Origin: Flavobacteriales bacterium
GTDB taxonomy: Bacteria > Bacteroidota > Bacteroidia > Palsa-965
Assembly (NCBI GenBank): GCA_002737665.1
Contig: NSIF01000002.1
Location: 5,698-69,697 of the forward strand
Length of the DNA stretch: 64,000 bases
Direction of reading: 5' to 3'
Within the stretch, counting starts at the first letter, position 1, and each line of letters begins with the position of its first letter. Of the stretch, positions 56,960 through 64,000 are shown in pieces. The position numbers were made by a program, and so were the translations under genes. The notes beneath the pieces are model-generated. The model saw only the letters and a list, made by a program, of their open reading frames with translations. It was not told where the DNA came from and ran no database searches.

Positions 56960-57616
56960 ATGTCATTCAACACAATTTGCGTTAAGTTATTGATTAGCTG
57001 TGCTTTTAGCTTGGCCTTGCCAACTCTTGCGCATTCTCAAGTAAATTTAATCGCCAAAAAAAATGTTATTCAATTCTCTGGAATTGCTGTTGACGCTGAC
57101 AGTCTAACTCCACTACCCTATGTCGCAATCATCATAAGGAACAAAGAACGTGGTGTATACAGCAATGAAAATGGATATTATTCATTCGTGGTAGAACCAA
57201 ATGATACGCTCGATTTTTACGCACTTGGGTACCACAGAGCTGGCTTTATAATCTCAGATACAATTTCAACTAATCACTACACGCATGTACAAGCCCTACG
57301 CATTGATACAATTTTACTGCAAGTGGCTGTTATTTATCCTTGGCCTTCGAAAGAGCAGTTCAAAAATGCTTTTTTAAATTCAGATATACCGGGAGACAAT
57401 TTAGAACGAGCGCGGTATAATTTAGCACAAGCACAAATGATTCGAGTAGCACAAAGTGTAGCAATGGATGCTGGCATGATTTACAGATCCTCCATGCAAC
57501 AACAAACCAATAAAAATTATTACGCAGGACAAAAACCTCCCAACAACTTATTGAATCCTATTGCCTGGGCCCAGTTCCTAAAAGCAATTCGTAATGGTGA
57601 ACTTAAAGGAAATTAA
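56960..57616 (+). CDS. Secreted protein with carboxypeptidase-regulatory-like (CarboxypepD_reg) domain
   Basis: 218 aa with a signal peptide. FSGIAVDADSLTPLPYVAIIIRNKERGVYSNENGYYSFVV is a CarboxypepD_reg-like beta-sandwich motif. Confidence 0.45.
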   Translation: MSFNTICVKLLISCAFSLALPTLAHSQVNLIAKKNVIQFSGIAVDADSLTPLPYVAIIIRNKERGVYSNENGYYSFVVEPNDTLDFYALGYHRAGFIISDTISTNHYTHVQALRIDTILLQVAVIYPWPSKEQFKNAFLNSDIPGDNLERARYNLAQAQMIRVAQSVAMDAGMIYRSSMQQQTNKNYYAGQKPPNNLLNPIAWAQFLKAIRNGELKGN

Positions 57617-57633
57617 AAAAGATTCCAATCTGC

Positions 57634-60171
57634 ATGACTATTTTTCATTTCAAGGAATTCTTTTTTATAAAAGCTAAGGACTTCATTTCTCTACGAACAC
57701 TTCTGTCCTTATTTTTTCTATTTTCTTTTACAACTATAAATTCACAGACAGCAACAGTAGAAGGAACTGTAAAAGACTCTGCCGGCTCTGGTGTAGAAAA
57801 TGTTTACGTTGGTTACGTAGGCAGTAAAGATGCTATATACACTGATGCAAAAGGTAATTTTAAAATTACAATACCAGCAGGAAAAGATATTTCCATTGCA
57901 GCAACAAGCACAGGATACACTGCTTTCAGATTGACCTTAAAACTTTCTGAAGGTGAAAAATACCGAATGACTATTTTATTAAAGAAGAAAAAAATTATAG
58001 GTGGTGTAGTTGAAATTATTGACACCATTCGCTCTGCCGATTTTATACCAACGCATATATTCGATCACCTGCCAGGACCAAGTGTTGACATCTCAGCCAT
58101 TCTCCGATTTGCAGGTGCACAATCAAGCAACGAGTTAAGTAACCAGTATTCCGTTAGAGGAGGAAATTTTGATGAAAATTTAGTGTATGTAAATGACATT
58201 GAAGTTTACCGCCCGTTCCTAACACGCTCTGGCCAGCAAGAAGGATTAAGTTTTGTGAATGTGGATATGACCGAAGGTGTGCTTTTTTCCACAGGTGGAT
58301 TCGAAGCAAAATATGGCGATAAAATGTCTTCGGTGCTTGACATAAAATACCGAACACCATCTAAATTCAAAGGAGTTGCATCAGCAAGTTTATTAGGTTT
58401 TAATGCAGAGGTAGAAGGTGCAAATAAAAACAAGCGACTAACATGGATGATTGGCATACGCAATAAATCAAATCGTTATCTTTTGCAATCACTCGATACG
58501 AAAGGAGATTACAATGTAAAATTCAATGACATTCAAACTTTAGTAACCTATAATTTTACAGATAATTGGTCAATAGACTATTTGGGCTCGTATGCTGAAA
58601 ATCGTTACAACTTAATTCCTGCAACAAGAGAAACTGACTTTGGAACACTAAATAACGCTTTGCGTTTTACTGTTTATTTCGATGGCCAGGCAATCAATCG
58701 ATTTCAAACTTTATTCAATGCTTTATCACTCAATTTTGACAACCACCAGCATTGGCGCACAAAATTTATAATATCATCGTTCAACACGTATGAATCAGAA
58801 ACGTTCGATATTCAAGGTCAATATTACATTGACCAACTAGAGGCCGATTTTGGCAAGCCAACTTTTGGACAGGTTTCTTTTAACCGTGGCGTGGGAACAT
58901 TTTTAAATCATGCAAGAAATTATTTAGATGCATGGGTAAATAATGCAGAAATAAAAACCTGGAGAACTGGAGAAAAATTTACCTGGCAATTTGGTGCACG
59001 TTTTGAAAACGACCGGATAACAGATGAATTGAGTGAATGGAATAACGTGGACTCGGCGGGCTACTCTATCCCCTACCAACCAACTAATAGTCTCAATTTA
59101 CAAGAAGTTGTAAAAAGTAAGGCACAGCTATTTTCAAACAGAGTGATGGGCTATGCGCAAGTTCGTTATTTAAGTGTTTTAAAAGATTCATCTCAACTTT
59201 CAGCAACATTTGGAATTCGTGCAAATTATTGGGACTTGAATAATCAAATCATTGTAAGTCCGCGCGGACAAGTCACCTTTAAACCAAACTGGAAAAAAAA
59301 TATTATTTTTAAAGCAGCAGCTGGCCTTTACAGTCAACCACCTTTTTACCGAGAGCTCCGTGGCTTCGATGGAACAATAAATGAATCTATTCGAGCCCAA
59401 ACATCAGTGCACGGTGTATTGAGCAGCGATTGGAGCTTTAAGGCTTGGAACAGACCAATGCGCTTTATTGTAGAAGGATATTATAAGTACCTCGACAATT
59501 TAATCCCATATGAAGTAAATGATGTTCGAATTAGATATTATGGCAAAAACCTATCACATGGCTACGCTTATGGGCTCGATTTAAAATTAAATGGACAAAT
59601 TGTAAATGGTGTTGAGTCATGGGCCAACCTGTCTATTCTTCAAACAAAAGAAGATTTATATAACGATAATTATTATCTCTATTTAAATTCAGATGGCGAT
59701 ACAATTATTCCAGGATACACTTTTAATAATGTGCGTCACGATAGCATTATACAAATCCCAGGAATGATTCCTCGACCAACAGAACAATTTCTAACATTTG
59801 CATTATACTTCCAAGATTATTTACCTATTCTTCCCGACTGTAAAATGAATCTTGGATTAATCGTTGGAACAGGATTACCATTTGGTCCACCAACACATGA
59901 GCGATACAAAGCCATATTTAGAATGCCACCTTATAAACGAGTTGACATTGGATTTTCCTATCAAATTATAAAAGCAGAAAAACCATTAAGCAAAAACAAT
60001 CCTTTTCATTTAATGAAATCACTTTGGATGGGAGTTGAGGTTTTCAATCTACTTCAAATACAAAATACACTTTCCTACTACTGGGTAAAAGATGTGACTG
60101 GAAGATCTTATGCTATTCCAAATTATTTAACAAATAGACAGTTAAACGTAAGAATGATTGTACATTTTTAA
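57634..60171 (+). CDS. TonB-dependent-receptor-like outer-membrane barrel with CarboxypepD_reg N-domain
   Basis: 845 aa. It has a signal peptide, ATVEGTVKDSAGSGVENVYV (CarboxypepD_reg), a plug-like VRGGNFDENLVYVNDIEVYRPF, and a long beta-strand-rich region ending in terminal Phe (MIVHF). Confidence 0.65.
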   Translation: MTIFHFKEFFFIKAKDFISLRTLLSLFFLFSFTTINSQTATVEGTVKDSAGSGVENVYVGYVGSKDAIYTDAKGNFKITIPAGKDISIAATSTGYTAFRLTLKLSEGEKYRMTILLKKKKIIGGVVEIIDTIRSADFIPTHIFDHLPGPSVDISAILRFAGAQSSNELSNQYSVRGGNFDENLVYVNDIEVYRPFLTRSGQQEGLSFVNVDMTEGVLFSTGGFEAKYGDKMSSVLDIKYRTPSKFKGVASASLLGFNAEVEGANKNKRLTWMIGIRNKSNRYLLQSLDTKGDYNVKFNDIQTLVTYNFTDNWSIDYLGSYAENRYNLIPATRETDFGTLNNALRFTVYFDGQAINRFQTLFNALSLNFDNHQHWRTKFIISSFNTYESETFDIQGQYYIDQLEADFGKPTFGQVSFNRGVGTFLNHARNYLDAWVNNAEIKTWRTGEKFTWQFGARFENDRITDELSEWNNVDSAGYSIPYQPTNSLNLQEVVKSKAQLFSNRVMGYAQVRYLSVLKDSSQLSATFGIRANYWDLNNQIIVSPRGQVTFKPNWKKNIIFKAAAGLYSQPPFYRELRGFDGTINESIRAQTSVHGVLSSDWSFKAWNRPMRFIVEGYYKYLDNLIPYEVNDVRIRYYGKNLSHGYAYGLDLKLNGQIVNGVESWANLSILQTKEDLYNDNYYLYLNSDGDTIIPGYTFNNVRHDSIIQIPGMIPRPTEQFLTFALYFQDYLPILPDCKMNLGLIVGTGLPFGPPTHERYKAIFRMPPYKRVDIGFSYQIIKAEKPLSKNNPFHLMKSLWMGVEVFNLLQIQNTLSYYWVKDVTGRSYAIPNYLTNRQLNVRMIVHF

Positions 60172-60367
60172 TTCGTTTATATCAACTTTACTTTTGCTGT
60201 GAAATTGTTTTACAAAATAATAATTCTCCTGCAATTACAACAGAATAAAAAATGGTGCAATTACTAATTTATAGGTGACTTGGCAGTATTGTATTTCTTA
60301 TTCGCCTTATCTTGTAGCAGCAATTCATAACATGTAATAAAAACAATAAAATACCAACAGAAGTTAA

Positions 60368-62563
60368 ATGACAAAAAAAACAACACTTCTACTGCTAGCA
60401 ACATTGAATATTAGTTTTGCATTTAGTCAAAATACTTTCAAAGCTATTTTGAAGAACAGCGCTACGCAAGAAAACTTAGTTGGTGTGACAGTAGTTCATA
60501 AAGGAACAAGCAAAGGAGCAAGTTCAAATGTAAACGGAGAAGTTACAATCAATGACATACCTGATGGTGAGCAGACAATTGTATTTAGTTCTATCGGCTA
60601 TAAAAAATTAGAGCAAACATATACTTTTCCAATATCAACTAATTCACCCCAGATAATTTTGCTTTTACAAGTTATTGGTCAATTGGATGAAATAATAATT
60701 GAAGCAACAAGAGGAAATAAAACCATTGACAACATTCCGACACGTGTGGAAGTTCTGACAGAAGAAATTGATGAGGCCAGCACAATGGATCCAAGTAAAA
60801 TTGCTCATCTAATTACACACAGCACAGGAATTCAAGTACAACAAACTTCTGCAACAAGTAACACAGCCAATGTGCGGATACAAGGACTTGACGGCAGATA
60901 CACACAAATTCTGAAAGACGGATTTCCACTTTACGGCGGCTTTTCAGGAAGTTTGAGTATTATGCAAATTCCACCGCTTGATTTACGACAAGTAGAATAT
61001 ATTAAAGGAGGTGCATCAACCTTGTATGGTGGCGGTGCAATATCTGGTTTGATCAATTTGATTTCAAAAGAGCCAACAAATGAAGAAACGCTTTTGCATT
61101 TGAACGGTTCTCACATTGGTGCGTTTGATGTGAACGCTTTTTTGAGCCGAAGAACAGGTAAAATTGCTTTCACTTTGCTTGGACAACGGAATACGCATAC
61201 CTATTTTGACGCAGATAAAGATGGATTTACCGATCTACCACAATTAACAAAATATAATTTAAATCCCAAACTTTTTTTCTACTTCACCGACAAATCAAAA
61301 CTTACATTGGGTGGAACTTTTACAAATGAAATAAGGCAAGGTGGTGACATTTATTTATTGAACAACCAATACGCAGACACAAATCATTTTTACAAAGAAC
61401 AGAACGACATTAAGCGTGTTACAACACAACTTAAATTTGATCACAAGTTAAACGAAAAAAGTTCATTGACAGTTCGAAATAGTTTCAATAATTTTCAACG
61501 GGCAATGGAAATCACACCCTCAAAAGCATTACAGCAATATCGCTTTTCAGGACAGCAACTTTCAACTTTTTCGGAAGTGGCATATACTTTTCGCCAAAAA
61601 GAAAATGTATTGATAACAGGGTTGAACTTTTACAGCGACAATTTTTGGGAAGACAGTTTGCAAAGTTCGTTAATGCGAAACGAAGAATATAAAACCATAG
61701 GTACATTTGCCAATTATATTTTTGACATCGGTAAGAAACTCTCTATTGAAACAGGTTTCAGAGGAGATTATGTTATAGCTGAAAAGTTTTTTGCATTGCC
61801 AAGAGTTTCAGCACTGTTCAAGTGGACACAAAAACTCACCACACGAATTGGCGGTGGCATGGGCTATCGTAACCCTACAATCTTTAACCAGGAGGCGGAA
61901 TTGCTCGGCTATCAGAATGTATTACCGATTGACAAGCAAAAAGTAATTGCTGAACAATCTTATGGTGGCAACGCTGACATCGGTTTCAAAACAACAATCG
62001 GAGACAATTGTTTTGTCAACATCAATCAAATGTTTTTCTTCACCTATCTTGACAAACCTGTAATCATTTCAGACACAGGAAGCGCAAGCGGAGTTTTTCA
62101 TTTTATAAATGCAAATGGTTATACACAAAGTTATGGAGGAGAAACATTTTTCAAATTCGGATTTTATAATTTTGTTTTATTTGTTGGCTATACTTACACC
62201 AATGCGACCAATCATTTCAACGACACTATTTCCGACTTGACGCTTACTCCACATCACAGTTTAAAAGGTGATTTACTTTATGCACTTCCTGGCAAGTGGC
62301 GAATCGGACTTGATTATGAATTTAAAAGCAGTCAGACACTTTCCAACGGAACAAAGACAAAGGACTTTTGGACTTATGGTGCAATTGTAGAATACACTTG
62401 GAAAAACTTTACCTACTTCGGAAATGTAGAAAACTTTACCAATTTTCGACAAACAAATTTAGGTAGTTTAAATTCATCACCATACAACACACCGCAGTTC
62501 ACTGAAGTTTGGGCACCGCTGGATGGCATTGTTTTCAACGCTGGTTTTAAAGTACGATTATAG
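60368..62563 (+). CDS. TonB-dependent receptor
   Basis: 731 aa. It has a signal peptide, a CarboxypepD_reg domain (FKAILKNSATQENLVGVTVV), a plug (IPTRVEVLTEEIDE ... IQVQQTSATSNTANVRIQGLDGRYTQILKDGFPLYGG ... VEYIKGGASTLYGGGAISGLINLI) and a C-terminal barrel. Confidence 0.8.
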   Translation: MTKKTTLLLLATLNISFAFSQNTFKAILKNSATQENLVGVTVVHKGTSKGASSNVNGEVTINDIPDGEQTIVFSSIGYKKLEQTYTFPISTNSPQIILLLQVIGQLDEIIIEATRGNKTIDNIPTRVEVLTEEIDEASTMDPSKIAHLITHSTGIQVQQTSATSNTANVRIQGLDGRYTQILKDGFPLYGGFSGSLSIMQIPPLDLRQVEYIKGGASTLYGGGAISGLINLISKEPTNEETLLHLNGSHIGAFDVNAFLSRRTGKIAFTLLGQRNTHTYFDADKDGFTDLPQLTKYNLNPKLFFYFTDKSKLTLGGTFTNEIRQGGDIYLLNNQYADTNHFYKEQNDIKRVTTQLKFDHKLNEKSSLTVRNSFNNFQRAMEITPSKALQQYRFSGQQLSTFSEVAYTFRQKENVLITGLNFYSDNFWEDSLQSSLMRNEEYKTIGTFANYIFDIGKKLSIETGFRGDYVIAEKFFALPRVSALFKWTQKLTTRIGGGMGYRNPTIFNQEAELLGYQNVLPIDKQKVIAEQSYGGNADIGFKTTIGDNCFVNINQMFFFTYLDKPVIISDTGSASGVFHFINANGYTQSYGGETFFKFGFYNFVLFVGYTYTNATNHFNDTISDLTLTPHHSLKGDLLYALPGKWRIGLDYEFKSSQTLSNGTKTKDFWTYGAIVEYTWKNFTYFGNVENFTNFRQTNLGSLNSSPYNTPQFTEVWAPLDGIVFNAGFKVRL

Positions 62564-62612
62564 AATAGTATTGTAAAATGGAAAAACACAGATCGAATCG
62601 TTAGCAATCAAA

Positions 62613-63011
62613 ATGAAAATACACAGAAAAATATATTGGCTGCTATTGGGACTACTAATTTTTACAAATTGCAAAAAGGAACCGTTTAATTATCGAAACA
62701 AATTTTTAGGAGAATGGGAATTTAAAGTAGATAGAACCGAATTCAATACAGACAGTGTAGGTTATTATTACCATGACTCCTTAACATTTTTTGGGAAAAT
62801 TAAATATGGCACAAATGATGATGAAATTCTAATTGAATATTCCAATGATAATTCCATAATGCTAACAATAGACAAAGAGAATATATTGTCAAATTTCCCT
62901 TCTCACTATTGCAATGGGGAATTTGACGGAAATGGAAAAATACATCTCTATTTAAGATGGGGAGGCCTTGGTGCAGCGGTGACTCATACAGTTGATGGAG
63001 AAAAAAAATGA
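62613..63011 (+). CDS. Small lipoprotein of unknown function
   Basis: 132 aa with lipoprotein signal LLGLLIFTNCKKE. No family recognised. Confidence 0.4.
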   Translation: MKIHRKIYWLLLGLLIFTNCKKEPFNYRNKFLGEWEFKVDRTEFNTDSVGYYYHDSLTFFGKIKYGTNDDEILIEYSNDNSIMLTIDKENILSNFPSHYCNGEFDGNGKIHLYLRWGGLGAAVTHTVDGEKK

Positions 63012-63047
63012 GGTACCTTTAATTACTCATACTTAAACTAAATTAAA

Positions 63048-63833
63048 ATGAAAAAATCAATTCTAATCTCAATCGCTTTGATGTTCGTCATGACGATTTC
63101 TAAAGCTCAAACGCCAATGCAATTAACGGGTAACGATTGCAACGGAAACCCACACGACTTATTTGCCGACCTTGATGCAGGTAAAGCAGTAGTTATTTTC
63201 TTCTTTATGCCAAGTTGCGGAACTTGCCCACCCCCTGCACAAAAAGTACAAGCAATGGCAAATAATGTAATGTTGACTTATCCAGGAATGGTTACTGGTT
63301 ATGCAATGCCGTTTAACAACACCACTACCTGCGCGGCTACTTCTTCCTGGGTTACAACAAGTGGAGTTCCATTTTATGCACCTTATAGCACTGGAGCTAC
63401 TCAGGTTGCCAATTATGGTGGATTCGGAATGCCGACTGTTGTCTTACTTGGTGGTGCAGCGCCAAATCGCAGAGTGATGTTTTCAACGCAGAGTTTTGCA
63501 ACCAGCGACACTACTATAATGCGAGATAGTATTTTGGCTTTGTTCAACGCAACAAGTATTGATGATTTGCCAATTGGAGTAAATGCTTTCAGTGTGTTCC
63601 CAAATCCTGCAAGCGAAAATATTTCTATCAATATAGATTTGAAAGGAACTTCAAATTTGCTGATTGATGTTACTGATATCACTGGAAAGCAGGTTGCTAT
63701 TATTTCTGATGAAATACAAAATGGAATTATCACAAAGCAATTCAACACTACTGCATTGCCAAACGGAAATTATTTTATCCGTATACATGTGAATGGAAAA
63801 ACTGCAATACAAAAACTCATATTAAAACACTAA
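63048..63833 (+). CDS. Secreted thioredoxin-fold (CxxC) protein with T9SS C-terminal sorting domain
   Basis: 261 aa. It has a signal peptide, VVIFFFMPSCGTCPP (redoxin-like CGTC motif), and a C-terminal FSVFPNPASENISINIDL ... GNYFIRIHVNGKTAIQKLIL (T9SS CTD type A). Confidence 0.5.
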   Translation: MKKSILISIALMFVMTISKAQTPMQLTGNDCNGNPHDLFADLDAGKAVVIFFFMPSCGTCPPPAQKVQAMANNVMLTYPGMVTGYAMPFNNTTTCAATSSWVTTSGVPFYAPYSTGATQVANYGGFGMPTVVLLGGAAPNRRVMFSTQSFATSDTTIMRDSILALFNATSIDDLPIGVNAFSVFPNPASENISINIDLKGTSNLLIDVTDITGKQVAIISDEIQNGIITKQFNTTALPNGNYFIRIHVNGKTAIQKLILKH

Positions 63834-63835
63834 GC

Positions 63836-64000
63836 ATGACAATTCTTTCAAAAATAATTTTAGCAGCAGGCACAATACTTACGGCTACTGCTATTTCTTT
63901 TGCTCAAAACGCATTGTTCATTCCACCAACACTTACAGGTACAACATTCAACCTGAATATTCAAAACGGGACAACACAATTTTATACAAACATCAACACA
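63836..64000 (+). CDS. Start of a secreted protein, possibly a multicopper oxidase (partial; runs off window end)
   Basis: My translation is MTILSKIILAAGTILTATAISFAQNALFIPPTLTGTTFNLNIQNGTTQFYTNINT. The L.IPP.L.G..F.L....G...F pattern after the signal peptide resembles N-termini of CotA/CueO-type oxidases. Only 55 codons are visible. Confidence 0.35.
   Translation, partial: MTILSKIILAAGTILTATAISFAQNALFIPPTLTGTTFNLNIQNGTTQFYTNINT

Noticed and set aside
1-64000. Search for CRISPR arrays, tRNA/rRNA genes, transposases, integrases, phage or known defence-system genes
   Set aside because: I found no regularly spaced direct repeats and no tRNA-like T-arm signatures (GTTCGAATC-type) outside CDSs. 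I also found no ribosomal RNA signatures and no recombinase, reverse-transcriptase or defence-associated motifs in any ORF. The window reads as core chromosome rather than an accessory island. A tRNAscan/Infernal/PADLOC run would be the decisive check.

Overview
By eye this is an AT-rich (G+C not computed) chromosomal segment of Bacteroidota type. Supporting signs are several T9SS C-terminal sorting domains, one gliding-motility type-B C-terminal domain, recurrent TAnnTTTG -7 promoter boxes and no obvious Shine-Dalgarno sequences. The content is mostly core housekeeping and looks origin-proximal: dnaA, a DUF721/DciA-like gene and parA-parB lie within about 25 kb. Other recognisable genes are fabD, folE, queD-like, ribD, miaA, rluD, rlmB, rlmF, rmuC, arfB, futalosine-pathway mqnB/mqnD plus an mqnE/C-type radical SAM gene, an mntR-mntH operon, a rhomboid protease, an ECF sigma/anti-sigma pair, an orphan OmpR-type response regulator, a large propeller/Y_Y_Y sensor kinase, two TonB-dependent receptors and several secreted T9SS cargo proteins. 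I call about 57 CDS. I recognised no rRNA, tRNA, CRISPR array, transposase, integrase or phage gene, so this is not an obvious accessory island. The most interesting items are: (1) a tightly coupled four-gene DUF58 / transglutaminase / MoxR AAA+ / unassignable 750-aa membrane protein operon in non-canonical order (45066-52423); (2) a roughly 170-nt GC-enriched structured element with a long-range closing helix and internal direct repeats beside the DciA-like gene (38823-38992); (3) a 15-nt inverted repeat built from tandem TACGAA hexamers, placed symmetrically in a divergent promoter region (30417-30532). All family assignments come from motif recognition in the translated ORFs, not from database searches.
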